From NCBI GenBank assembly GCA_001687465.1, contig LVLI01000278.1, positions 62,001 to 126,000 of the forward strand: a stretch of 64,000 bases of DNA, written 5' to 3'. This stretch comes from Halocafeteria seosinensis (lineage: Eukaryota). This document shows positions 37,302 to 50,277 of this stretch, in pieces (within the stretch, counting starts at the first letter, position 1; every line of letters begins with the position of its first letter). Both the position numbers and the translations under genes were made by a program. The notes under the pieces are model-generated. The model had not been told where the DNA came from, did no database searches, and saw only the letters and a program-made list of their open reading frames with translations.

Positions 37302-40300
37302 ATGACGCCAAAATACTTCCAGCGGGTTCTCTGGATTGGAATATGTTGTAGCATTTATACGCTACCATGTGGTGAGGCCAAGGCTTCCAAGAAAGGATCG
37401 AGGAAGAGCACGACTATAAAGACGGCTACACGCGTGCAACGGTGCCCTCGTAATTGCAACGGGCACGGGATATGTTTCTTGAAGCCTACCTTGCACTGTA
37501 GCTGCTTCCCAGGTTATGAGGGTGGAGACTGTAGTCTGCGTAAGAAGTGATACTACATCAAACTGTTATTCGATCTTCAAGCACTCTAAGTGTATTATGC
37601 TTTTCAGTTCAATGTCCTAAAGGGAAGAGATTCTTCGATGTCTTTAATGCCACATCCGTGGACGAGCTTACTCGATTCCATGAAACAGAAATTGAGTGCT
37701 CAGGAAGCGTAAGTATGGCGATATGGTATTCTGCTTAAACAAATTGAGTATGTAGGGAATAATTCGCAGGGAACTTGTGATCGAACTAGTGGCACTTGCG
37801 ATTGCCGCGATGGGTTCCGTGGTTATGCCTGCCAATTCTGTAAGTGCACTACAGTAGTTATGTGACCCCTTACAGCATCAGACCTCACTTTCTTACCGTG
37901 ACTTCCAGTTGGATGCCCATTCACTCCACAAGGGGAAGAATGTTCGGGACATGGAACCTGCAAGACTTTGGAAGAACTAGCAGAGACGCCTCGAGCTGAT
38001 GCCTCCGGCGAAATCTTCACGTACCGTACCAAATGGGATCGAAATATGGTCGAAGCCTGTGATTGTGACTTAGGATGGACTGGCTATGATTGCTCAGAGA
38101 AAGATTGCCTCTACGGTGTAGATCCGCTACGTTTAAGAAAAGAGGTATGTTGCGATGACAACAACAGCTGCTAGTGCATCAACTTTGATTAAGAAACCCT
38201 GGTGATATCGCAGAAGTTTGACTCAGCTGTTCAAAGAATCGAATGCGATTGCACTGTTGGCAATGAGACTTGCCGAGGCGAATTTTATGCCAGTTTTCGA
38301 GGTTGGAAAACATTTCGGGTTGACGCTCAAGCAGTAGTGCACATTGCTGACGAGCTGGCAGATAGTGTTAAAGACCCAGAACGTGCTCTAGGACATTCCC
38401 TAGAGAGTGCCCTGCATTCGTTTTTCCCTTTCGGAATCGTGACAAGAGTCAAGGTAAACGTGTCAGATGGAACCATTGACGGACCTTACAGAGTATGTCA
38501 CGATGGGTTCAAGACTCAAATCGACTTGACATTTCAACTTCGCCATGGTAATGCACCGAAATTAGTTATTGAAAGCGGTATTAAGGCCGGAGATGTTGAC
38601 GTTCCTCTGTCCGTTTCAACCATCGTTACGGGGAATGCTCCATTGTCAATATGCTCAAACCGTGGGTCGTGCAATAAGCAGACAGGTGGCTGCACATGTC
38701 TAAGTGGGTTTTCCGTGAGTGATGGGGCTGGTGGTAAGGGTCCTATTCCGAACTGTGGCTTCGGGGAGACTACTCCTTCAGGTTGCCCTTCTATCATTGG
38801 CAACGTTGATTGTTCAGGCCACGGGACGTGTGATTCAACCTTGCAAGTGTGCCAGTGTGAGGGACGATGGTTCGGTATAAATTGCAATAAAGAGACCTGC
38901 CATACTCATACCTCCTGGGGAACCCGCACTGTTGCGCATGACACCGCCCATCCACTGGAGGAGTGTAGTGGCAAAGGGGTTTGTACGGAAACTTCAGGTC
39001 GCTGTGCTTGTCAATCGGAATACACTGGAGACAAGTGCCAACGTCTACGTTGCCCACTCACTACTACAGGACGTACATGTGGAGGAAACGGAAGGTGTCT
39101 CTCTTTACGCGAAGCATCCCTGAAGAGCACAGTTTACGGAGAAGCTCCTGGAGGAACGGAGCTACAACGATTCAGTTGCAACCTTACTTCAGCAGAAGAT
39201 ACATTTCGGATTAGAATAGGCAACTTTGAGACGACAGACATTAAGGCGAATTCTGGGCCAATGGCTTTACAGGACATGCTCGAAAGTTTACCGTCATGGG
39301 TCACTGGATGGACGGATGTGTGGACGGATCGAAATTTCAGCGCTGTTTGCCCCGTCGATGCTACTGAATTCAGTGAGATCCTCGTGCACGTTAGGTTTTC
39401 TAGAGCTATCGGGGATCTTGAGCCCATGGTAATTACGTTTCAAAAGGAAGAGGAGACTGCAAGAGAAGTTGCTGCTGAGACGCTTAGCGGGAAGAATTCT
39501 GCGGTGGTATATGGTCAGCTCTCCGCAACAGATGAGCAGCAAGACCTCATGTGGGATGCTGACATGATGTATGTATTTCTTTTAGCTGTTTGCGTTTTAC
39601 AGGAAAGTTTGAGTCTTTCAGCATGCCACTGCATTTTGCAGGCACGGGTGTTTTTGCGATGGGTATCCTGATTTCAACCATACTTCTTCAGCAGGAGATC
39701 AGGCCTCATTCTTTGGGTTTGACTGCACAAAGTCAAGGTGCGCTCGTGGAGCCGATCCGCATCAAAGTAAACCTCTTTGTGCTGATGCTGAAGGGCTTTC
39801 AACGGAAAAGCTTACGTTTAACTGCTCCTTCGTGGAAGGATTTATGCGATTTCGTTTCATGGGGAAAGAAACCGAGTCGTTACATGTCACCACCACAACT
39901 CTAAGTGAGGTGATAACTGCCCTCAATAATTTGCCCACAATAGGAAACCTTTCAAGCATTCATGACATCAAGTCAAGTAAGATGGGATTTTTCTCCGACA
40001 ATGGACGTATGTCATTTGTACTTTGCGGTCGTCTGCAGGTGACATGATGTGCGACGGTGCACAGCATACTCTTTCTATTAATTCCCCTATCGGTAATCTT
40101 CCGGGAATTTTCATTGACACAACTCGTGCAAGGAATGGGGAAGTCTCGTTCGAGTACACGAATAGTACCGTTATTCCTCTTGTTTGCTCAAGTCGAGGCA
40201 TTTGCGAAGAATCAGTGGGAGTCTGTGAGTGCTACGACTTCTACGAATCTGGTGATGGTGTCGGGGGACAGGGTCAACGTGGGGACTGCGGTTTCTATAA

Positions 40301-40418
40301 CCCTGATTTTGTGGTACAAGCCTTAGAGCGTCAAACAGAAGCTGAACAAACGGATGAAATTACCACATTGCTCCAGCTGTTGGATCCCATTGGAAGAGAT
40401 GACCTCTCGGAAGGTTAA
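37302..40418 (+). CDS. Secreted EGF/tenascin-repeat protein of SIG1/mastigoneme-like type
   Basis: Signal-like N-terminus, repeated CSGHGTC and CSNRGSC units, and two WD..M..C.CD...G.DC...C..G.DP modules. Confidence 0.8.
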
Positions 40419-41577
40419 GCCGAAGTCAAAGAAACCCAAGCTGTAGTCAAGGGTTTGATGAGGGTCGATAGGAATGGAAGCATTCTGTAGAACAGTGACT
40501 GCCGTAGTTGCACAATAGATATACAAGCTGTTGGAGGTCGCCTGGGTAAACTGGAAACACATGACACCTGAATTAAGTTAAGGCAAAGCAGGTACCGCGT
40601 CATTTACAACCAATATGAATGAGATTTCTGATTTACCCGGGAAGCGAATTGTACGGTATGAATAAGCGATCGTGTTACGTAATTAGGTGCTCTATCTCGA
40701 TGATTGTTGATTCCACTTATCCAGACCTAGCGGGTACCAACAGTTGTGGCCATGCCACCTGTGCCATTCCGGTGGCAAGCTTACTTGTCGCATTTTCATT
40801 TGGCAAACACAAATACATGCATGCATACTATAAAATCACGTTGCTTCATTTCGGATTGTACCAAATTATTCGTACTTAGTAGTTAGGCCTCGGCGAGTCG
40901 CTTACTATTCATTGATTAAACTTTTCCACAAACCCTACCCGTTGAGTATTTTCATCTTCTAAAAAGTCCAGAGCTTGTTGATTGTAAAATTCTGAACCAC
41001 GAAGCTGCACAAACACCTAAATCAGAGCATCCCAACTCTTGAAAGGAAAAGCTGGACGAGCTCGTGAATGCGGGGCAGAAGATGAGACGCTTCACTAAGC
41101 ATGCTCATGCAATCAAGCGTTTGTAGTGTTGTGACATCCATCCACACATGTTTGTCTCATTATTGACCAGATTGACAACCGAATATCCTTCAGGTCCTGA
41201 GCAAGGACTCGACTGTGTGTATTGGTATTGCTCCTACCGGACTCGACTTGCGTTCTTTGGCAAAGGACCATCAGAGGACGATCCGTATAATGAACAGTCA
41301 CCGAAAAATACACACAAGACAGCGAAAACAGGAAGTGTACAACTGTTTCACTCAAGCGACCGGAAAGCTGACCAGACGGAACCAATTTTCCCCCGTCTGA
41401 ATGACAGCCTGAGACGGCGGCGGAACTCGGCCAGACGTCCTGACTCTTAACATTGCACTAACCATTGGTAGTACCCAAATGTACTTGAATTGAAGATGAA
41501 TTAAAGAAGCAGACGTCAGATTTTCAATTTTTACACTATTTTATTGCTTCCTTTACTTGGTAGAAAGGGCCCGAACA

Positions 41578-42414
41578 ATGGCGGCACCACGAATCATGCT
41601 CCAGAGGGTGTCCTCGATGGCGGCTCAACAGCAACAGAGTCTATTTTTCGCTGCCAGACGAGGCTCCAAGAACTTTGGATGGTACCAGAAAGCTCTACGG
41701 AACCAGGAAAAGATGAACAATGTCACCCCTGTCAAGAACTTCCCGGAGGAGACTCTACATGGGAAAGAGAGAATGAAAGCGTTCATGGACATCCGGATGG
41801 GGGAAGGAGCGACTCCGAAGCGCATCACATTGCGCTTAGCAGTACGTCTACTCATGACCACTAGACCCATTTTTCGGGTTAAGCATTGCGGTCTTCTTTC
41901 ATCAATGCAGGATGACATCGTACCCCGAACTGTAGAGAATTTTGTTAACGTGAGTATTGCGCAAGGCCATCCATTTAGAGTGCTGACACGACTGGACTTC
42001 GTCTGCTTTGTACAGTTATGTAAAGCGCCTCCTGGAGAAGGATACAAGGATTCAAAGATATTCAGAGTACGTAAAGGGTTTGGGATAGAAGGAGGAGATC
42101 ATATCCGAGGAGACGGCCGTGGTGGATTTTCGAGCTTTGGAACGAAGTTCTTCGAGGATGAGAACTTCGTCGGCAGACATGCAGAACCAGGCACGATTTC
42201 CATGACGAATTCAGGAGTGCATCGGAACTCTAGTACATTTTTTATCAGCGTAGCACCCCAACCCCAGATGGACGGGAGGAATGTTGTCTTTGGAGAGGTA
42301 GTAGATGGACTAGATGTTGTCGAGGAGATCTCAGGTGTATTCAATGTGATGGGCAAGCCGGCAGACTCGATCGTTATAGAAGACTGCGGAGTACTCGATA
42401 GTGCAGAACATTGA
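41578..42414 (+). CDS. Cyclophilin-type PPIase with a mitochondrial-type presequence and a divergent active site
   Basis: DIVPRTVENF, GYKDSKIFRV, GGD, FEDENF, GTISMTNSG, FFI, DGRNVVFGEV. Two in-frame introns. Confidence 0.93.
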   Translation: MAAPRIMLQRVSSMAAQQQQSLFFAARRGSKNFGWYQKALRNQEKMNNVTPVKNFPEETLHGKERMKAFMDIRMGEGATPKRITLRLAVRLLMTTRPIFRVKHCGLLSSMQDDIVPRTVENFVNVSIAQGHPFRVLTRLDFVCFVQLCKAPPGEGYKDSKIFRVRKGFGIEGGDHIRGDGRGGFSSFGTKFFEDENFVGRHAEPGTISMTNSGVHRNSSTFFISVAPQPQMDGRNVVFGEVVDGLDVVEEISGVFNVMGKPADSIVIEDCGVLDSAEH

Positions 42415-42432
42415 AATTAAGAAGATGCCTGA

Positions 42433-43483
42433 CTAGTATTCTTCTGTCTGTTTCAGAGGTAGGAGGACCGATATTGAGCCGGCTGTATCCAGACCGCAGT
42501 TGATAACGAATGCCACAGGTGGGCACATGCCTGTCGAGGAAGGACAATATATCGTGGAATATATTAATGGCGGCTGCCGGGAATTATCCACGCAATTCTT
42601 ACCTGCAAGAGCCTCCATATGGCGGTTTTGAAGACTGAAAGCATCTACAGCTTTCTTCAAAGCGTTGCAGCTCACGGATACCTTCTTCTCTTGATTTCCA
42701 GAGGCTGCGTACCCAGGGAAGCGTGTGTATCGAAAACCCAACCTCCTATCCGATTTGGTACACTTACACTGATCGGCCATATCTGGGTAATATGCTTTAA
42801 TAGCTGTATCTGTTGTCTCTATACACACACATAGAGTGCCATCTGGTCGAATCTCAAATGATACCTCGTGTGGAGAAAATGTTTTCAAGCGTTCCACTAG
42901 TGTTTTTAGTCTTCTCACATCTGGAAGTGCTGTTGACGCGAGTGGACTGGGGAGTTCCGGTTCTTTATACTCAGGAAGCTGACTTTCCGCCAGTACACGC
43001 ACAGGTACCTCATGGTTGATGACTAGCCCTACATCTTGCATTACTTCCATAGCTAAGCTTAGATACTTTGTCTGTCCCTTCTTGGTCAGTTTCATCGAGA
43101 CGCTGTGAGCTCCATTACCACCTCGCAAAGCGTGCATTAACGTTCCAAGATCGAACTTTAATCCAATGACATTGTTGGCTCTACTTTCGATAATAAAAGA
43201 GGACCATAAATCCGATGGATCGAGCTGGGCAAAACACTTTAAGGGATGATTGGCGCCCGCTTCACAGTGTAGTTGGAGACCATCCCTGTTGAGAATCAAC
43301 GTCGCCTCTTCCGATAGTTTGGTCATACTCTGTACCACAGTGACTGCATACTTACGGACGCAACTAGATGTTAAATTGGAGTAAAATGACAGCACATAAT
43401 GGCCAATTCCCTCCTCATTGAACAGGGAAGAACTCACCGAAAGTTTTGAATTTCGATATCTCAAAGAGAGCTCGAAATTTCAT
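42433..43483 (-). CDS. HUS1: Checkpoint clamp 9-1-1 subunit Hus1
   Basis: MKFRA start; IIESRANNVIGL, MKLTKK, INHEVPVRVL, YKEPELP and LPDVRRLKTLVERLK are Hus1 motifs. Confidence 0.88.
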
Positions 43484-43780
43484 TTTTTTGTTCCTTTCTG
43501 GCGCTTCACATCTGAGAACTCACTGTTCAGTGTATGACTTATCTGGAACTGGGTATGAACGGGCTGATATACTCGATATAACACTCGTACGGCGAATTTG
43601 AATTCCTCTGGGTTGCAACTTCAACTTAAGGTTGTTGTCCTCTTGTTCCCTGGAAAAACGGTCAGTTCAGTTTGAATAATTGTATTCCATTATAAATCTA
43701 CTTCCTTTGCAAATCATCATCCTTCCACTTCATTTCTTCTACTTGATAACCTGCAGTGCTCAGCGAGTGCTGCATGGCAA

Positions 43781-46438
43781 GTGAAACTATTGATTGCTGC
43801 TTTGGGATCAGCTTCACAAAGGAACGAGGTGACACATTGGGTCTCGTCTTTGCTGTATTGTCAGGCCTTTTCCCGAGTTTTCCAGTCGCCCATCATGAGC
43901 AACAAGTCCCTCAGTAGTAGTATAGGAGGCTCCACCGGCCGTGGAACCAATGATCCTTCGGACGATGTGATTGAGTGGCTCTCGTTGGAATGGATGTCAA
44001 GTGGGGACTTCCTGAGTCGCACACCTACCATATTGAGGATTCTACGCAGTCATAACTTCCCTCTCAAGCCGGAACCGAATTTTTTCGTCTCAGACAGTAG
44101 TGCCGAAGAGAAGATACTGCTCCCGGACGCGGGAAAAGATGCCTCAAAAGAGAAACAGACGGCGACCAAGACCTTGAGTCCGAAAACGCTACAACTTCTA
44201 CAGCAAATAGAACGTAAACTTATTGATCAAATTCAATCGAATCAAGCGGAAACAGGCATTTTCAGTGTACAGCTACGCGCCGCTGCAATTCTGGAGAGGT
44301 TAATAAGCAACTTCCAGCAGCCACTAGGAGGGTCTCACATCCCATTTGCTACGTTCTTGGATGTCGTTGTGGCTATTCTGAACCAATCCGAGAGACAACG
44401 AACAGATACTTCAGTATTTATTGGAGCAGCTTCGTGCATGTCTTTGCTGCATAGTTACCTCCCGGTGGTGGAAGGACAATCTGACAAACAGGAGAAGAAG
44501 GACTCTGCGATTAGTAGTCAGAAGTCCAAGTATGCGTCGTTGGTAATTAGGACATTGAATTTATTGCCGATGACCGAAGCGGGTTTTCCTCTATTAAGTT
44601 CTGCTTGTCAAGTAGTGTGGTACAAACTTCGAGAAATTGTCACCCGCGCTAGCGCAACAATGGGCAAAAAAACGAACGATGTCCTCAGTGCCGTAAAGCG
44701 GAGGGTGATGACCCCATGCTTAGCGGAGATACAAGAAATCGCGAAAACATTTTCGGTTTGTTGTCAACAATGGTCGACCAGAAAAGAAGTATTAGGGGCT
44801 CAGCGAGATACTCTCTATCTCATGCTAAAGGCAGCCACATTAATCGGAGATTTCTCTCAAAACGTTGGCCTTTTGAGTATCCCAACTGACAAATGGACCT
44901 TCTTTGAAGACCCGGGGATGGATCGCAGTGTGCAGATGCGAGAGACGCTGTTTAACAACACATGCCTGATGGTTCAAGCATTCTTCACTTGTAATTTCCA
45001 ACCCAATATGGTATTGGATATTCCATACATAACGACCATCCGCGTCATGGCGTGTGTATTCACTCGATTGTGGGCAAGCGGTCGAGAGCGAATTCGTGAC
45101 AATGCTTTCGGAGAATGCTTTTCCCCGCGGAATGCCCTTTTAGCTATAGAAACGACACAGATAATTCTTAAGTCGATTTGCAGGACCAGTCTCCTTCCAT
45201 CAAGATTGGTAAGCTCAACGCTATCGTCGTTAGATCATGCGGCAGCGATATGCAATAGGTAAGCTGCTGTCATGCTTATTGAAGTATCTACCTTATAGAT
45301 ATAATCACTCCGCGGTTTCTGCTATTCAGTATGAGGCTGGATGACTCTATCACTATGTTGCTGGGACCATACGTACGCCTAGCGAAGCAGAGCGGATCTG
45401 CCTTAGTTGCCGATTGCTTCGATCCTCTCATGAAAGAATTGGATCGTCGACGGTCATCTTACCAGCGACGGACCATTCTGCAAAGCGCAGTCGGCTTCCT
45501 GACGGATTTTGCCCAGGAATGTCATATGCGGAATAATCGATCTGTGGATACTGCGGTACGTAGTACATTGTACGTTTTTTGGTCAATTCTAGGGCCCCTC
45601 GTGACAGTTTGATTCCGTTCTACAGTTGGTGGGGAAGAAACGGAATAGGAAAGAGGCTTCGGGCACTAGCCATGCTGTTACTTCTTTTGGAGATGGACGC
45701 TGCCGTAAACAGCATGGGAAAGCAATCAAAGTAATGGAGGCCCTATGTGATATTCTGAGTTTCAAAAACACCAGTGCATTGCTTCCTCTCCGTCTAAGGC
45801 TCTGGCTTATTCATTGCGTCAACAGTATTTTGGAATTATCCGGAGATCCCTGTGTTGCGAAGAGTGGATTCGCCCTACGAGCGCGGCTGATTTTCACAAA
45901 GCATCAAGGAAGCCATATGTTACATGCAGCTCCGGGTGTGCTCAGACAAGCTGCTAGTCTTGGAGACGATGACTATTGCGACACCATTTTAGGTCATGTA
46001 GATTCTATTTTGCGACCATCGGCGGCAGCTTTCAATTCGCATGTCAGCAGGCACACCTGTGGAGTCGGAGAAATTCAAAATACGCTTGAACGGTATACAC
46101 AGCAAATACTTACTCGAATGGAAGCAGCGGTTATGGAGGAGAAGGAATCTTCTTGTAAATCTGATGCCCTATACTCTTATTCCCCAGACCAAGAGTGGCG
46201 AGAACGGCATCACACATATGAGGTTACAAATGTAACGCACAGGTCGCTGGGAACTGTACAAGCATCTGCTGGAGAGACCAGTATTCAAGCAGCTATTTCA
46301 GGGACGGGGCAAAATACGAATACTGTAACAACCGAAGCATTAGGAAAACAACCACCGGCCAGTCAACAGACGGCAAAACATGCAGAGGATGAGGAACAAC
46401 AGGAAGACGATGATGATATTCCCGACATTGTGTGGTAA
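43781..46438 (+). CDS. Alpha-solenoid hypothetical protein, possibly PELP1/Rix1-like; start uncertain (ATG at 43895 is a candidate)
   Basis: Three long Leu-rich helical ORF segments and an acidic C-terminus ending DDDDIPDIVW. The family guess is weak. Confidence 0.5.
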
Positions 46439-46493
46439 AACATTTTGGGTGGTATATAATTTTGCCTGCTGTTCAAGGCTAGGGAGGAAGTAG

Positions 46494-48193
46494 CTAAAAC
46501 ATTTCATCTGCCGCCAGCAACCTCTCTTGTTTTGTCTTTTGTAGTGCCCTGCGAGAATGATGCAACGGGTGATTTTTGGATTTCTCATTTTCGAGAAAGC
46601 GCGTAGATTCATGGTTAAATGTCTCATCTCCTTCAAGGGACTGGTATTTTGCATAGTTGTCCTCTTCCATTTCCTCAGCTGTAAGTTCCGCGTACCTCCG
46701 TTGCTTTTCCAGTATTTGGGCTTCTTGTGCTCTTGCAATGGCAGTAGCTTCCTCCCTCTTCTGCTGAATAGCTTCTTTTTCTGCCTCCTCCATTTGCTTT
46801 GAGGCTTGTTCAGCTCGTTCAGCTATCTTTTTCTCTTCCTCTCTTTCACGTTCGCGTTGCTCTCGTTTCTTGCGCATCTTCATCTCCCAGTCACCTATAC
46901 ATTTTCTATCCAGCTGTCTCCTCTGTTCTTTCTCGTTAGCTTCCTTCCGCACTTGTTTTTCTTCTGCCTGCTGCTGTTCCTTTGCAAGCTTTTCACCTTC
47001 TTTTGACATTCGCTCCATGAAGTCACGCTCCATTATGCTCCCCAGCTCCTGAGCCCTTTGTTCCGCATTGGCTCTCTTAGCCTCGAGGAAGGCAGCTCTC
47101 CTCCTTTCCTCTCTGTCTTTAGCCTCCTGATATTCCTTGTATTTCTCTAGTTCAATCTTCTCTTGCTCTTTCAACCTCTTGCGCTCTTCAGCATTCTTTT
47201 GATTCGCTTGGAGTGCTTCCTTGTTTCGCTCTCTGGCTTCTGCTTTTCGCTTTTCTTCTAGCTCACGCTCTTCTTCAGCCTGCTTTTCAGCTTCTTGGCG
47301 TAAGCGCTCTCCTTCTTTACGCTGTTCTTCGTGGCGCTCTTTCTGTTGGCGCTTCGCCTCCTCCAGTTGTTGCCGCAGAGATTGAGCCACCTGGGATACA
47401 AACATTTCTAGGGGTGTGCAGTAGTATGTTGGTAATGTAAAAGAGTGTATACTTACCTCCGATTTGATTTTCTTCTCATGTTCAGCCTCACGTTCTTCTC
47501 GAGCTTTCTTGGCCTCAACGTCCTCGAGTAACTTCTCGTAGTGCTTCTGTTCTCGTTGCTTTTCGAGTTCTTTCATGCGTTGTTTTTCCTTTACTTGTTT
47601 CTTTTGGACCTGTAATTTGTAATACGATAGAACATAAAATACACAACTTCGCCGCACAGCAGAATTATGGCACTACGTACATCCATTGCTCGGGATAGCA
47701 TCTGCTGTGTCTTGAGAGCTTTCATTTTTTCTGTATCACTTTGCATCAGGTTGTTCGCTTGGCGCAACACATCTAGTCTCTCCTGTAGCGCTCTAGCATG
47801 TTCTTCTTCGTCAATCTCTTGTCGGCGCTCTTCTTCCTGTTCACGTCTGCGCTGTTTCTCACGCTCTTTGGCCTTTCTTTGGGCCATCAAGGTATTTGGC
47901 CAGCGTTGGCTTTTTTCTTGGGATCTTCTTTTTCGCTCTTCATCGCGCCTTTTTTCCTCTTGTAGATCTTTTGTTTTCGACGCATACAGCAGCTCACTGG
48001 CAGCTTGGTCCTTCTGGGACTTCACTGTTGACCATTCAGGCTTCCGAGCCCGGGTTCTCGACCCTCCCAGAGATCCTCCAGTGCTCGCTCCCCCAGCGGT
48101 TTGCATCCATTGCGAAGTGGCCATAGAAGACTGAACCTGGGAGGCATCTTCCTTCATCCGACACACGTCGGATGGGGACAGAAAAGTGGGCAT
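46494..48193 (-). CDS. Trichohyalin-plectin homology coiled-coil ciliary protein, CFAP210/CCDC173-like
   Basis: SQRWPNTLMAQRKAKE motif followed by a long E/K/R/Q helix. Introns near 47680-47610 and 47456-47391. Confidence 0.75.
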
Positions 48194-49050
48194 AATGTCT
48201 TATGGATTCCCAACGTACGTTTACTACGTCGCACACTTGTGGATACTCCAATGAGATGAACTACGCTAGCTAACTAGTTACACCTATGCTGTGGGCAGTT
48301 TTTACTGTAGAAATGACACAAGCACTCAGATCTGACATTGTATCAAACATTCGAATGTACGGGGCATTGTGTCGCAAAGAGGTCCGAAAACGCGCGCGAT
48401 GGAACCAACTTCAACGTGGAATTCCGAATTGGCCGGGCCCCGTGAGCCACTTCAGTTTTTGTTCCCATGTTGACATATTGTGTAGTATGTGAATAGAAAA
48501 ATTCCTTTGATGATGCTAGGATAGCAGCTAATCAATGTGTTCCGGGACTTGATCTGAATTGCGGGTAGCACATTAGCCCAGAGACGAGGCCTCTCGTTCT
48601 GGTAATTGTTCGATCCTTCAGACGATGAGGACGATGACGAGGTACAAGAACGCCGCTTTCTGTTGTTTTTCTATTTGTCCTTCTTCTTCGATCCAGTGTC
48701 CGTTCCAAAAAGGCAACAACAAAGTTGTTGGTGAGGTTCAAGTCTGTCAGAAGCCTCTAACAGAGTAGATTATCAGCGCAGTGCCAAAATAGCCCAGATG
48801 AGTAATTTAGTTGCTCATCGTGTGAGAGACTTAAGATGTCAGACACGTTTGGCAAGTTACCGAAAAACATGTTACATGCGGCACTACCAGTAAATGTACA
48901 CGGCTTTGCGTACCTCGGAACCCTCCTGTGTTGTTGAAGTCGGAGTCTCGTTACAAGTCGCTAGGGTTTATTAATGTCCATCTGAAGCGGATGTTGTTGA
49001 TATCTCTGAATAACGTATTCCAGTGTGCTCCAAGCTTCACCCTCCAGCTA

Positions 49051-50258
49051 ATGAGTGGCTCCCAAAAACGTGAGCGGACCCCGGAGGAAGAGGATCAAGA
49101 GTACGCGGAAACGCTATTACACGCTCATGAGAGCTCTCTAAAGTCGAACCAGCCACAAGGGACTCTTAGTGATGACCTCCAGTACGGGAACTCGATGCTA
49201 AATGCAACAGGAATTACGCAGCACAGCGCTATTTTCGCGGAAGATTTTGGAACGCACGAGGCATCAGTGGCTCAGAGTCTACTCGACTTGGCATACGGAG
49301 ACGAGCAGAATTCGTCTCATGGAGACAACACAGCTGCAGGTGCAACGAATGGAGAACGCTATGTGGAATGCGGTAGTTCAGAAACGTCACCATTTGATGC
49401 AACAGTAATTGTACCGGAACATCAGAGGAAGTATAAGAGCACCCCGTGTGCCTTTATAAACGTTAGCACGAAGTTCTACCCCCAAAAATCAGAGTCAGCC
49501 GAGGCTTTATACAATCTATTCAAGGACGCTGCAATACAAGCTTCGAACGAAACGCAGGGGGATGAGCCTGCCTTCGTATTGGCACCTTCGGGGATCTTAG
49601 GCAAAGCCGGGCACACATCCGTTTTTAAACATCCACTCACGAACTGGCTGATAGAACTGTGCAAAGAGTACAATGTTATAATATGTGCTGGTTCTACCTT
49701 CCTTGGACCTCACTTGAATGGGAAATTTTATGAAATGGGCATGGTGGTTGGTCCACAGATTCCGGCAAACACATCAGGGCGTGATGCTCCTTCCTATGAT
49801 ATCGATGTGATAGGGCTGTACAAGGCACGAACTGTACCTTGCCAACGAGCCATCAGTTTGGCAGAGGAACTTGATGGTAGTGGCGATACACTTGAATACA
49901 AATTGCCCATGCAAGGAGGGCATTACCCTGCAAAGTGTGACACGCCCCAGGGAAAAATGGGAATCGTAATAGATGATGACGTTATGGACTATCGAATTGT
50001 CCTCGATCAGCTGAAAATTTCTCCGAATTTCATCATTGCGTTGTCTGCCGATCAACAGACTGAGGCTTGTAAGTGTTCGGATGCTGAAAAATTGCTGGAT
50101 TTGGGATTTCTATTGCAGATTCTTTGTTACCAGATTACAATGCTGCAGAAAGGATAGAACGCGTTACGGGCGTACCAGTGACGGTAGTGTCTCCGAAGGG
50201 GAATGAACCAAATGTTGCAGTAGGAGCTCTTAGAACGCTAATCAGGACCGGACACTAG
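49051..50258 (+). CDS. Degenerate carbon-nitrogen hydrolase (nitrilase-fold)-like protein
   Basis: AFVLAPSG, WLIELCKEYNVIICAGS, KFYEMGMVVGP, IGLYKA and DTPQGKMGIVIDDD follow the nitrilase motif order. The last exon ends at TAG 50256-50258. Confidence 0.65.
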
Positions 50259-50277
50259 CGCGTGTTGTACTATCACA

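Noticed and set aside
40950..41450. ORF 41148-41450 with a possible upstream exon containing an in-frame TGA
   Set aside because: It needs a GC donor and readthrough, and has no recognisable homology.
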